Origin: Candidatus Omnitrophota bacterium
Lineage (GTDB): Bacteria > Omnitrophota > Gorgyraeia > Zapsychrales > Fredricksoniimonadaceae
Assembly (NCBI GenBank): GCA_028870995.1
Contig: JAGWOI010000012.1
Span: 1,501-65,500 of the forward strand
Length of the DNA: 64,000 nt
Reading direction: 5' to 3'
Below the pieces are notes generated by a model that made no database searches, was not told where the DNA came from, and saw only the letters and a list, made by a program, of their open reading frames with translations. This document shows positions 1 through 9,270 of the stretch, one piece after another; positions within the stretch are counted from its first letter, which is position 1; each line of letters starts with the position of its first letter. Both the position numbers and the translations under genes were made by a program.

Positions 1-1589
1 TTGCCGAAATAGGTATCATAATTCTCCAGGACCAGCACCTTGACCTGCTTATAACTTCTGTTCAGCCGGTCCACATGCTCCATGATATTCTGGATATGGG
101 AGGCCCCGGCAGAGTCCATGGGGTGTGATTTGCCGGCGATGATGATCTGCAACGGGCCTGTTTGACCGACGATATGCAACAATTCCTCGACATGGTGAAA
201 CAGCAGCGAAGGCCTTTTATAATTAGTGATCCTCCTGGCCCAGCAGACGGTAAGAACATCCTCCTGCAGTTTCCAGGGTTTGACAAAATTCAATAAATGG
301 CGTTTGTTGACCTGGTGCGCATGAAAAACGTCCCGGCGGAATTCATCATTCTTGATAAGCTTGCCGGCCTCCTGCAGTCTGTTGGGGTCGGCGCGCCAGT
401 CGCCGAAGACACTCTCGTGTTTGTCGAACAACTGGGCAAACGGCTCCGACACCCAGGTGTGCGTGTGCACGCCGTTGGTGATGGCATCGATGCGCTTGGC
501 GAAATCAGGAAACTGAAGCCGCATGATCTCGCCGTGTTTCTGCGCCACAGCGTTCACATGGCGGCAATTGTCCAGGCAAAGATAGGTCAGGTTGACATCC
601 TTGGAATCCTCCGTCTCCTTGCCGAACTCTTCGGCCGCCTCAACATACTTTTCCGGGAAAATGGCTCTTAGCTCCGCGGTCTGGAAACGGTCGTGGCCGG
701 CAGCCACCGGCGTATGGCAGGTATAAACGAATTTTTTCTTTTCAAAGGCCATGCGGCTCTTGTCAGCCAGCTGCACGTACTTTTCCACCAGGGCAAAGGC
801 CGCGTGGCCTTCGTTTAAATGGTAACAATCGATGTTCAGCTTCAGGTCCTCGAGGGCTTTCATGCCGCCGATACCCAGGATCGAGCGCTGTAAAATGCGC
901 CAGAAAACCTCATCGCTGCGGTAGAGCTGGTCGGTCAGCTTGCGAAAATGCTCGCTGTTATCGCTCAAATTGGAGTCCATCAGGACCAATGGCACGACGT
1001 GTTTTTTGTCATGGCTGTATACATAATATTTCCATAGACGCAGGACCAGGTCGCCTTGTTTGGTGGTCATGCGTATCCTATTTTTCAAAGGGATCAGGCC
1101 CGGGTAGGAATGGGGGTCCCAGGAAAGCTCCTCAGGCACCTGGCCGTATTTATACCAAAAATTTTGCTTGAAATAGCCCTTGTTCCAAAGGATCCCCAAC
1201 GCCACGGCGGACAGCCCCTGGTCCGCGATACTTTTGACCGTGTCCCCGGCCAGCACACCCAGACCGCCGCTGTAAATGGGGATGTCGAGCATTTTATGGA
1301 TATTGATCTTGAATACGTAATCGGAGATCCAGTAATTGGAAAAGACCTGGTGCTTGAAGAACTTGTTCTTTTCCGTCATGGGACGGTTCAAATGGAAAAA
1401 ATTATAGATACTGGGTGCGAGCCCATATTCCATGGAAAAGTAGGCGATGGATTTTTCTGCGGCGGACAGCCTTGTTTCAGCATCCAGGACAGGCTGCATG
1501 GGAAATGAAAAATACGTGGACTCGCTGATGTCGCCGCAGTAATTGGCCTCAAAATTCTCGATTTGAGCTATAAATTCCTTGTATGTCAT
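1..1589 (-). CDS. glgP: alpha-1,4-glucan (glycogen/maltodextrin) phosphorylase, GT35 family; ATG at 1589-1587, C-terminus beyond the window edge
   Basis: Manual minus-strand translation from 1589 gives MTYKEFIAQIENFE...SGGLGVLAGD...HLNEGHAAF...CHTPVAAGHDRF...ITNGVHTHTW...AGKSHP... with no stop down to position 1. The frame is consistent at both ends. It is absent from the ORF track because its stop lies outside the window. Confidence 0.8.
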   Translation of the reverse strand, partial: MTYKEFIAQIENFEANYCGDISESTYFSFPMQPVLDAETRLSAAEKSIAYFSMEYGLAPSIYNFFHLNRPMTEKNKFFKHQVFSNYWISDYVFKINIHKMLDIPIYSGGLGVLAGDTVKSIADQGLSAVALGILWNKGYFKQNFWYKYGQVPEELSWDPHSYPGLIPLKNRIRMTTKQGDLVLRLWKYYVYSHDKKHVVPLVLMDSNLSDNSEHFRKLTDQLYRSDEVFWRILQRSILGIGGMKALEDLKLNIDCYHLNEGHAAFALVEKYVQLADKSRMAFEKKKFVYTCHTPVAAGHDRFQTAELRAIFPEKYVEAAEEFGKETEDSKDVNLTYLCLDNCRHVNAVAQKHGEIMRLQFPDFAKRIDAITNGVHTHTWVSEPFAQLFDKHESVFGDWRADPNRLQEAGKLIKNDEFRRDVFHAHQVNKRHLLNFVKPWKLQEDVLTVCWARRITNYKRPSLLFHHVEELLHIVGQTGPLQIIIAGKSHPMDSAGASHIQNIMEHVDRLNRSYKQVKVLVLENYDTYFG

Positions 1590-1626
1590 ACCAACTCTCT
1601 GATAGGGGTCACGCGAAAGATGCCGG

Positions 1627-3192
1627 CTATTTGTGCATTATAGCAGAGAAAATAGATTCCAAATCATATATCCTTATTTTTCCATACTGCCGCTTGCGGG
1701 CGACGGACAAAAATTTAAGGGAATCCAAAATTTGTTCATTATGGTCCAGAACAAGCCGGGTCAATAATATATTATCGTTAATGTGGTCAAAGACAGCCAA
1801 AGGCCGGACATGCCGCAGGGCGGTCTGGAGCACATCATCCAGGGGCGGTGAGAAACGGCGGCCGTCCGCCGTCCATGAGACATAGGCCTGCGGGTCAATG
1901 ATCAAATACCTGGCCCCCTGTTTATATAGATCCAGCAAAGCGTAGGCATCCTGCGGGCATGGAACGATCCTCTTGTCATCCGCCATGAAAAGACCTTCGA
2001 CCAGCGGCTGGGTGCTGACAATGACGGCTTTGGGATCGCGGCTGGTGATAAAACGCACCGCCTGTTCATAATCGGTACGGGCAAAGGTAATGGCGCCGGA
2101 AAGATAAACCATCACCACCAGGGAACAGGCCCCCGCCCCCAGGATCAATTTCCTTAAGGAAGGCCATCTCTCCCAAGCATCATCGATAACAATGGCGGCT
2201 GCCGTTGCCATAAACGGCAGGACCACGCATAAATATCTGGCCCCCTTTTCCGCGGCCAAAGAAAATCCCGCCATTTGTACCAGCACGATACCGAAAGGCA
2301 GCAATTTTTTGTATTCCTTATACTTGATCAAATACGGGTTGGCCCAGAAAAAACAGGCAAAGAAAAAACCTTCCAGGGCAAAGGTATCATAGGGGTAGGA
2401 CAAAAAGTTGATAAAATTGAAATTGCCGCTGGCATCCTTGGCCTGGTGGAACATCCAGGCAAAGCACACATAAAAATTAATCCCTCCGTAAAGCACGCCG
2501 ACTAAAATGACGACGGCGGCAAATGCGGCCAGGTAAACGGCCAGCTTTTGCCACGGCAGTTTTTGACCAGCGGTAAGAGCCTTATACCCTTCGATAAAAA
2601 CTATAAAAACAGGCCCTACGATCATCCGGTAATTGGTCAAGTACACGCAGGCCAGCAAAAAAGCCGAAACAAAAAGTTTCCAGTTCAGTCGATCCGGCAT
2701 CGTTGTATACAGATAAATCGCGCCCAAAAACAGCAAGGTGCTCAATGATTCCTGCATCCCCAGCCTTGAGTAAAAGACGTGACTTGGAAGGACAAGCAGG
2801 ATCAGAGCGCTTAATAAGGCTATGCGAGGAGAATTAAAATAACGCCGGGCCCAAAAGTAAAGCAACACAACAGTTCCCAGGCCGCAGGCCGCAGAAACCA
2901 ACCTGGCAAAAAACCAGGCCTCGGGGCCCAGCCCAAAGACCCTCATGCTCAAAATAAAAAACCACAAGGCCTTGGGCATGGAGAGGGCGGTCTTGAAAAT
3001 CAATGAGAAAATAATGCCCCATTCCGAAAGAGTGTGCCCGGGATTATGGGCAATGAGGTTTAAAAGGGTCCGGTTATACCCGATGTACAACGCTTCATCG
3101 TAAAACAGGAATTGGTTGGCGCTGATATGGTACAAACGCAGAAAAAGGCCGATCAGGACAATGGGTACGATGATTAAATAAGATAAACGCAT
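1627..3192 (-). CDS. polytopic membrane glycosyltransferase, ArnT/PMT_2-like (GT39/GT83 type, GT-C fold)
   Basis: 521 aa. The N-terminal ~400 aa have about 11 predicted TM helices (MRLSYLIIVPIVLIGLFLRLYHISANQFLFYDEALY...), followed by a soluble C-terminal domain. This is the typical architecture of undecaprenyl/dolichyl-phosphate-sugar transferases. Confidence 0.55.
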   Translation of the reverse strand: MRLSYLIIVPIVLIGLFLRLYHISANQFLFYDEALYIGYNRTLLNLIAHNPGHTLSEWGIIFSLIFKTALSMPKALWFFILSMRVFGLGPEAWFFARLVSAACGLGTVVLLYFWARRYFNSPRIALLSALILLVLPSHVFYSRLGMQESLSTLLFLGAIYLYTTMPDRLNWKLFVSAFLLACVYLTNYRMIVGPVFIVFIEGYKALTAGQKLPWQKLAVYLAAFAAVVILVGVLYGGINFYVCFAWMFHQAKDASGNFNFINFLSYPYDTFALEGFFFACFFWANPYLIKYKEYKKLLPFGIVLVQMAGFSLAAEKGARYLCVVLPFMATAAAIVIDDAWERWPSLRKLILGAGACSLVVMVYLSGAITFARTDYEQAVRFITSRDPKAVIVSTQPLVEGLFMADDKRIVPCPQDAYALLDLYKQGARYLIIDPQAYVSWTADGRRFSPPLDDVLQTALRHVRPLAVFDHINDNILLTRLVLDHNEQILDSLKFLSVARKRQYGKIRIYDLESIFSAIMHK

Positions 3193-3202
3193 GAATTCAA
3201 AT

Positions 3203-3499
3203 CTATTGTGGATACTGCTGGCTCTCTTGAGACCTCACCCACGCCTGGCGCTTGGCCCTGAATTTCGCCATTTCCGCCGTGTTGATGTCATTCAAACGCG
3301 TCTGGGTGCGCAGAGAATGCAGTTTCATCTTGGTCTTATTGGCCTGGGCAGGCGATTGCCCCAAGGTATGCATGGAATCCGTGAAATCGTTCCACATGGT
3401 CTGACGGTACGGATTAGGATAGGGGCTTTTGGTATAACCCCAAGCCTGCGGCATCATAAATATCATCGCCAAAAACGCCATCAATAATAATCTGTTCAT
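3203..3499 (-). CDS. small secreted hypothetical protein (signal peptide MNRLLLMAFLAMIFMMPQAWG)
   Basis: 98-aa ORF with a clear N-terminal signal peptide. Its start overlaps the moaC stop by 4 nt. No recognisable domain. Confidence 0.4.
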   Translation of the reverse strand: MNRLLLMAFLAMIFMMPQAWGYTKSPYPNPYRQTMWNDFTDSMHTLGQSPAQANKTKMKLHSLRTQTRLNDINTAEMAKFRAKRQAWVRSQESQQYPQ

Positions 3500-3945
3500 C
3501 TACCCTTCCTTTCGGATCGCTGGTAAATCCCGCTTCGTCCCCCGCTTTTATGCATCAGCCTGATGCCGCCCATCGCCATGTCCTGGCCGGTGAATTTCAT
3601 CATGTCGTAAATCGTAAGACAAGCAGCGGACACCGCGGCCAGGGCTTCCATTTCAACGCCGGTCTTGCCCGTGCATGTGACTTCAGCAATGACCTTCACC
3701 GTATTCTTGGATTTGAGCATTTCAAAGACCACAGACACTTTTTCCAGATCCAAAGGATGGCATAAAGGGATCAACAAAGGGGTATTCTTAGCCGCCATGA
3801 TACCAGCAATTTTGGCAGTTTCCAGCACATTGCCCTTCGGCGAACCTTGTTTCAAAAAAATTTTGAAGGCTTTAGGGGAAAAGGTGATCTGCCCTTCGGC
3901 GCGGGCCACCCGTTTGGTGGCCTGCTTGTCGCTGATATCGATCAT
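3496..3945 (-). CDS. moaC: cyclic pyranopterin monophosphate synthase accessory protein MoaC
   Basis: 149 aa. MIDISDKQATKRVARAEGQI...LLIPLCHPL...KTGVEMEALAAVSAACLTIYDM matches conserved MoaC motifs. Confidence 0.85.
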   Translation of the reverse strand: MIDISDKQATKRVARAEGQITFSPKAFKIFLKQGSPKGNVLETAKIAGIMAAKNTPLLIPLCHPLDLEKVSVVFEMLKSKNTVKVIAEVTCTGKTGVEMEALAAVSAACLTIYDMMKFTGQDMAMGGIRLMHKSGGRSGIYQRSERKGR

Positions 3946-4307
3946 TCGAGATCCTTCGGCTTCCTTCGGTTCTTTTTCTTTAAAGCGTTACGCTTTTTAT
4001 TCTGAAGCATGCGCTCCTTGGCCGGCAGGGAACGCTTGCGGTTCTGCCGCCGGACCTTCTCGCGCTGCGCCTTTCGAAAGAGGGTCTGCTGTTTTTCTCT
4101 ATCTTCCAAGGCCTGCCCAAGCAGCTCCCAGGCCCGTTGGCGGTTGGCGGACTGCGTGCGGAATTCCTGGCACTTGACGATGATGCCCGTGGGCTTATGG
4201 ATCAGTACCACACAAGTGGCCACCTTGTTGACATTCTGGCCGCCCGGCCCGGAAGATCTGACAAATGATTCTACTACATCTTCGCTTGATAAAGAAGCGC
4301 TGCCCAT
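3942..4307 (-). CDS. arfB: ArfB/YaeJ-like peptidyl-tRNA hydrolase (GGQ motif, ribosome rescue)
   Basis: SSGPGGQNVNKVATCVVLIHKPTGIIVKCQEFRTQSANRQRA followed by a Lys/Arg-rich C-terminal tail. The start is probably the MGSAS... Met at 4307; the ORF track starts at 4334. Either start overlaps the prmA 3' end. Confidence 0.65.
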   Translation of the reverse strand: MGSASLSSEDVVESFVRSSGPGGQNVNKVATCVVLIHKPTGIIVKCQEFRTQSANRQRAWELLGQALEDREKQQTLFRKAQREKVRRQNRKRSLPAKERMLQNKKRNALKKKNRRKPKDLE

Positions 4308-5164
4308 TGTTTTCCTTTTGAGACCTTTAAACATTTAAGAGGCAATGAGGCAAAGGCCTTGCGCAACCTTGCCAGATTGTCGAGGGAAATCCCCGACACT
4401 CCCAATAAACCGCCCTTTTTGACAAAGCCAACGATCTTAGGACCGTGCTTGATCAAGTCTTCCGTCACCAGATTCGCAGCCACAAAATCATAAACTTTTT
4501 TAGGACGGTATTTGCCGATGTCCGCCTGCCGCACTTGAAAAAACAGGTTGTTGGCTTTCATATTATCACGGGCGGCCGCCACACTCAATGCCCCTATGTC
4601 GATTCCAACAGCCTCCTGCGCACCGTTTTTAAGCGCCACCAGGGCCAGAATGCCTGTGCCGGTCCCTATGTCAAAAAACGATTTAAAGCTCCCCTGACTA
4701 TCTTCAATGAATTGGGCCAGTAATTGGGTGGTTTCATGCAAACCGGTACCGAACGACAGCAACGTGTCCATGAGAATAACATCGCGTCCCCGGCGCGGCT
4801 TGTATTTGTCCCGGTACCAAACAGGGACCACATCGATCTCGTGCGTCAGACGGGCCGGCCGCCAATGTTGTTTCCAGAGGGTCAGCCAATCCTTAGGGAG
4901 AAGTTTTTGCCGCCGGACCTTGATGCCGGCCAGTTTAAGACGTTTAAAAAGACCCTCTATCCGTTCAAGCCGCTCCCCCGCCTCATCAAACAACTCAATG
5001 GCGGCCCTGCCTTTGACTGAAGCGGCGATCAATTCCTCTTGTTGAAAACCCAGACTCAAAAGAACAGCCCTGGCCGTAACCAGGGCTGTTTCATTATCAG
5101 ATTCGATCCGGCATTGATAGACGGTCTTAGGGATACGCTCTTGAAAAACGGCTTGTAAGCTCAT
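4274..5164 (-). CDS. prmA: ribosomal protein L11 methyltransferase
   Basis: 296 aa with the SAM-binding motif FFDIGTGTGILALVALKNGA and overall PrmA layout. Confidence 0.8.
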   Translation of the reverse strand: MSLQAVFQERIPKTVYQCRIESDNETALVTARAVLLSLGFQQEELIAASVKGRAAIELFDEAGERLERIEGLFKRLKLAGIKVRRQKLLPKDWLTLWKQHWRPARLTHEIDVVPVWYRDKYKPRRGRDVILMDTLLSFGTGLHETTQLLAQFIEDSQGSFKSFFDIGTGTGILALVALKNGAQEAVGIDIGALSVAAARDNMKANNLFFQVRQADIGKYRPKKVYDFVAANLVTEDLIKHGPKIVGFVKKGGLLGVSGISLDNLARLRKAFASLPLKCLKVSKGKQWAALLYQAKM

Positions 5165-6795
5165 GATTTAAAACGGATCAAGGACGGCGCGTAATCTTTC
5201 GGGGCTTCATAGCCCAGCAGGTTTAAAAGTGTCGCCGCCACATTCGCCAGCCCCTGCCCGGGCAGATGGGCCATTTCATATTCATCCTGATAACCCGCAT
5301 CCACGATAATGCAGGGAACGGGATTCAGCGAATGGGCGGTACTGACCTGCTTTTTGCCGTTTTTGACCGTAAACATCTCATCAGCATTGCCGTGATCGGC
5401 CAGGACAAGAGCCACCCCGTTGAGTTCCTTGATGACACTCAAGAGTTTGGCCAGGTCTTCATCCACAGCCTCAACCGAGGCAATAATAGCCTCCGGAACG
5501 CCGGTATGGCCCACCATGTCACCGTTAGGATAATTCAAGCGGCCGAATTTATACTTGCCGCTTTGAAGCAGCTCGACGGTCTTGGCGGTGATCTCGTCGG
5601 CTTTCATCCTAGGAGCCTGGTCGAAACGGATCTTGTCTGATGGTATCTCCACATAGGTCTCGAGTTTTTCGTTGATATAACCGGAGCGGTTGCCGTTCCA
5701 AAAGTAAGTCACGTGGCCGTATTTTTGGGTCTCGGAAATGGCAAAAGATGTGATGCCGTTGGCGCACATATAGACCCCGACGGGATTATCAATCGCGGGC
5801 GGCGGCACCAGGTAATGCTTGGGGATATGCAGATCGCCGTCGTATTCCATCATGCCGGCAAACAGCACATCAGGCGTGCGCACGCGGTTGAATTTATCAA
5901 AATCCCTCTCTTCAAAGGCCCGGGATAATTCAATGGCCCTGTCCCCGCGGAAATTGAAGAACACCACAGAATCGCCGTCCTCGATGGTGCCCACCGGGCT
6001 GCCGTCGTCCTCGATCACAAAGGAATCCAGGTACTGGTCGGTGATCTTGGGGTCTTCTTTATAGTAAGTCTCCACCGCTTCCTTGGCTGACGCAAAACGC
6101 CTGGCGCGGCCCAGCACATGGGCTTTCCAGCCGCGCTCGACAATAGTCCAATCCGCGTTATAGCGGTCCATGGTGGTGACCATGCGGCCGCCGCCGGAAG
6201 CGATGCGGTACTCGTAATTCTTATGGGCGCTGTTTATCTCTTTGAGAACAGCCTCGGTCTTGTCGATATAGGTCAGGGCTGATTTCTCGTAGACATCGCG
6301 GCCGTCCAGCAGGACGTGGATACAAACACGGCGCACTCCCTCTTGGGCCAAATGACGCACCATGGCCAATAACTGGTCTATATGCGAGTGCACATTGCCG
6401 TCGGATAACAGGCCGATGAAATGGAATACCTTGTTCTCGGATTTGACCCGCTCGACCAGCTTCTTCCAAATTTCAGTCTGGTAAATGGCACCGCTGGAAA
6501 TGGATTTCGCCGCCAGCTTCGCCCCCTGGTCGAACACGCGCCCCGCGCCCAAGGCATTATGCCCCACCTCGGAATTGCCCATGTCCTCATCGCTGGGCAT
6601 GCCCACGGCCGTGCCGTGCGCCTTAAGCTGGGTGTACAACTTGGATTTCATCAATGTATCCAAGGTGGGCGTCTTGGCCAGGAATACGCCATCGCTGTCA
6701 TCATGCTTGCCTATGCCTACACCGTCCATGATCACCAAAAGCAACGGCCCCGGCCTTCCTGAAAAATTTGACAATTTCTTCAACTCTAACGACAT
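5161..6795 (-). CDS. gpmI: 2,3-bisphosphoglycerate-independent phosphoglycerate mutase
   Basis: 544 aa. LLLVIMDGVGIG...GNSEVGHNALGAGRV...ADHGNADEM are iPGM signatures. Confidence 0.9.
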   Translation of the reverse strand: MSLELKKLSNFSGRPGPLLLVIMDGVGIGKHDDSDGVFLAKTPTLDTLMKSKLYTQLKAHGTAVGMPSDEDMGNSEVGHNALGAGRVFDQGAKLAAKSISSGAIYQTEIWKKLVERVKSENKVFHFIGLLSDGNVHSHIDQLLAMVRHLAQEGVRRVCIHVLLDGRDVYEKSALTYIDKTEAVLKEINSAHKNYEYRIASGGGRMVTTMDRYNADWTIVERGWKAHVLGRARRFASAKEAVETYYKEDPKITDQYLDSFVIEDDGSPVGTIEDGDSVVFFNFRGDRAIELSRAFEERDFDKFNRVRTPDVLFAGMMEYDGDLHIPKHYLVPPPAIDNPVGVYMCANGITSFAISETQKYGHVTYFWNGNRSGYINEKLETYVEIPSDKIRFDQAPRMKADEITAKTVELLQSGKYKFGRLNYPNGDMVGHTGVPEAIIASVEAVDEDLAKLLSVIKELNGVALVLADHGNADEMFTVKNGKKQVSTAHSLNPVPCIIVDAGYQDEYEMAHLPGQGLANVAATLLNLLGYEAPKDYAPSLIRFKS

Positions 6796-6890
6796 ACTTT
6801 TCCTTTCGCTCGGACCGTTTCTAAATATCTTATTGATTCTAAAGGAGTTCTGATAGAACTGTCCCCATTACCGTCTTAACTTCAATAATG

Positions 6891-7457
6891 TTAAAAACTA
6901 ACCTTCGGCGCCTCTTGCGCCCCTTGCTCGGCTTTAAAATAGACCGCGGGCTGGGTTAGATGGGTTGCGGCTGCAAAAAAGGAACCGAACAAGCTTTGCT
7001 GGTAGGAATTAAAGGCCTGCACCGCCTCATTGTAGCGCATTCTCTCAACGGCAATGCGATTTTCAGTACCTTCCAGCTGGCTTTGTAATTCCAAGAAATT
7101 TTCATTGGCCTTCAAATTGGGATAATTCTCCGTGACCAACAGCAGGCGGCCCAAGGCACCGCTTAGAGAATTGGCCGCAGCCACCTTGTCAGGCACAGTG
7201 GCAGCCTTGCCCCATTGGCTTCTCAAACGCGTCACTTCTTCCAAAAGAGTCTTTTCATGGGTGGCGTAGCCCTTGACGGTGTTGACCAGATTAGGGATAA
7301 GATCGAAACGCCGCTGCAATTGGTTTTCCACCTGGGCCCAGCTGGACTTGACCTGCTGGTTAAGGCTGACGATCTGATTGTAACCGCTTTGATACCAGCC
7401 GAAAGCCATGAAAGCCAGGACAACGATAACACCTAACGCGATTAACCCTTTGTTCAT
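6891..7457 (-). CDS. lemA: LemA family protein
   Basis: N-terminal TM helix (MNKGLIALGVIVVLAF), then NQIVSLNQQVKSSWAQVENQLQRRFDLIPNLV...NYPNLKANENF, a typical LemA sequence. The start is taken at the internal Met at 7457. Confidence 0.75.
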   Translation of the reverse strand: MNKGLIALGVIVVLAFMAFGWYQSGYNQIVSLNQQVKSSWAQVENQLQRRFDLIPNLVNTVKGYATHEKTLLEEVTRLRSQWGKAATVPDKVAAANSLSGALGRLLLVTENYPNLKANENFLELQSQLEGTENRIAVERMRYNEAVQAFNSYQQSLFGSFFAAATHLTQPAVYFKAEQGAQEAPKVSF

Positions 7458-7470
7458 ACCATACCCTCCG

Positions 7471-8469
7471 TTAAGGACTGATGACCAAATTAGCGGGATC
7501 AATGGACCCCTTTTCAAAAGACTCTATATTGTTCATGGTCGTCTGCGCGATATTGCGCAGCGCCGTGTCGGTGAAAAACGCCTGATGCCCCGTGATGATG
7601 ACCCTCGGGAAAGCCATGATCCTGACAAAGGTGTCGTCATAAATAGGCTGGCTGGAAAGGTCCTCAAAAAACATCGTCTCTTCTTCTTCATAAACATCCA
7701 GCCCCAGGAAGCCGATCTTGCCTGACTTCAGGCCCTCCGAAAGGCAGGAAGAATCGATAAGCCCGCCGCGGCTGGTATTGATGAGCATGACGCCATTCTT
7801 CATTTTTTCCAAAGCACTCGCATCGATGATGTGGTGGGTCGCCTTATTTAAAGGAAGGTGCAAAGAAATGATATCGCTGTGAGCAAATATTTCATCCTTG
7901 GAAACGTACCTGACGCCCAGCGCTTCACATTCAGGATTAACATGAACATCATAAGCCAGGACCTTGCAGCCGAAACCGTTCTTCATGATGCCGGCAAAGA
8001 TGGCGCCTATCTTGCCTGTCCCCATCATCCCCACGGTTTTTCCGTACAGCTCAAAACCTAAGAGGCCCTCAATGGAAAAATTCCCTTCGCGCACGCGATT
8101 ATAGGCGCGGCAGATCCTGCGATTAAGGGCCAGGATCAGCGCCACGGCATGTTCTGCCACGCCATGGGGTGAGTAAGCCGGCACCCGCGCCACCGGAATG
8201 CCTGCTGCCTTGGCCTGGTTTAAATCCACATTATTAAACCCTGCGCAACGAAGAGCGATCAATTTGACGCCATTTTTGGATAGGGAAGCGATCACTTCCC
8301 TATCCAAATCATCATTGACAAACACGCACACCGCGTCAAAACCATTGGCCAGGCGGGCGGTGGCAGCGCTCAAATGAGTTTCAAAGAACACCAACTCATA
8401 GCGGCCCTTGTTGGCCTCTGTCAAGAATTCTTTATCGTAAGATTTGGTGCTGAAAACAGCTACTTTCAT
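7471..8469 (-). CDS. ldhA: D-lactate / D-2-hydroxyacid dehydrogenase (NAD-dependent)
   Basis: 332 aa. Rossmann motif GKTVGMMGTGKIGAIFAGI plus the catalytic region of the D-isomer 2-hydroxyacid dehydrogenase family. Confidence 0.8.
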   Translation of the reverse strand: MKVAVFSTKSYDKEFLTEANKGRYELVFFETHLSAATARLANGFDAVCVFVNDDLDREVIASLSKNGVKLIALRCAGFNNVDLNQAKAAGIPVARVPAYSPHGVAEHAVALILALNRRICRAYNRVREGNFSIEGLLGFELYGKTVGMMGTGKIGAIFAGIMKNGFGCKVLAYDVHVNPECEALGVRYVSKDEIFAHSDIISLHLPLNKATHHIIDASALEKMKNGVMLINTSRGGLIDSSCLSEGLKSGKIGFLGLDVYEEEETMFFEDLSSQPIYDDTFVRIMAFPRVIITGHQAFFTDTALRNIAQTTMNNIESFEKGSIDPANLVISP

Positions 8470-8484
8470 ATACCGCCCGGTTTG

Positions 8485-9270
8485 CTACCATCCCCCGCTG
8501 GCCCCGCCGCCGCCGCTTAAGCCGCCGCCGAACCCCCCAAAACCGCCGCCAAACCCACCGCCGCTGAAGCTTCCGCCGGAACCATACCCTCCGCCGCCGA
8601 ATCCGCCCAGGAGCATGGGGAAGAACATCCCGCCTCCGCCGCCGCGGCTAAGTAAAAAAGAGATGAAAATACAAAGAATGAACAGGAAGAGCCAGCCTGA
8701 GCCGCTGCTTTGCTGTTCCTGGTAGACCGGTTGAGGAACGCCGGTAAGTTTTACATTATACTCTTTGGCGATAAGTGACACAATAGCGGCAGTCGCATTC
8801 TTGATGCCGCCGGAGAAATCCCCCTGCCTGAAGGCCGGGGTCATGATGGCGCTGATGATCCGCTTGCTATAGGCGTCCGTAATGGCGCCTTCCAGGCCGT
8901 AACCCACCTCAATGCGGATATGGCGGTCTTTATAGGCCACCAGCAGCAAAACGCCGTTGTCCTTTCCTTTTTGGCCGATGCCGAAACGCTGAAATAAATT
9001 GACCGCATATTCTTCAATGGGCAGCGGCTCGGTCGTGTCAACGGTCACCACCGCCACTTCAGCGCCGGTCTTTTGTTTTAATTCAAGGATCCAGCCTTCC
9101 AGAAGGTTACGGGTATTCCCGTCAATGATGCCGCTTTGGTCGACCACATAACCGGTAGGCTGCGGGTAGGCAATTTTGCCCGGCGAAGGAAAAGTTTGAG
9201 CCAGAGATACGGGCACAGACCCCATAACGGCCAGCGACAACCAAAGGCAGAGTCTTACAAAAAATCTCAT
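8485..9270 (-). CDS. TPM-domain (TLP18.3/Psb32/MOLO-1, YgcG-like) protein with a C-terminal TM helix and Gly-rich tail
   Basis: Signal peptide; YVVDQSGII...GAEVAVVTVDT...NGVLLLVAYKDRHIRIEVGYGLEG; a TM helix; then a GGFGGG low-complexity tail. Confidence 0.7.
   Translation of the reverse strand: MRFFVRLCLWLSLAVMGSVPVSLAQTFPSPGKIAYPQPTGYVVDQSGIIDGNTRNLLEGWILELKQKTGAEVAVVTVDTTEPLPIEEYAVNLFQRFGIGQKGKDNGVLLLVAYKDRHIRIEVGYGLEGAITDAYSKRIISAIMTPAFRQGDFSGGIKNATAAIVSLIAKEYNVKLTGVPQPVYQEQQSSGSGWLFLFILCIFISFLLSRGGGGGMFFPMLLGGFGGGGYGSGGSFSGGGFGGGFGGFGGGLSGGGGASGGW

Noticed and set aside
297-1508. Plus-strand ORFs 297-671 and 1056-1508 (124 and 150 aa)
   Set aside because: They lie antisense inside the continuous minus-strand glycogen phosphorylase reading frame and have no recognisable domains. 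They are typical shadow ORFs.
6855-6873. 6-bp inverted repeat agttct-gat-agaact in the lemA-gpmI spacer
   Set aside because: It is too short to call an operator or terminator with any confidence.
8444-8725. Pro-rich plus-strand ORF (PPPLKPPPNPPKPPP...)
   Set aside because: It is the antisense translation of the GGN-repeat region encoding the Gly-rich tail of the TPM-domain protein. It is a low-complexity artefact.
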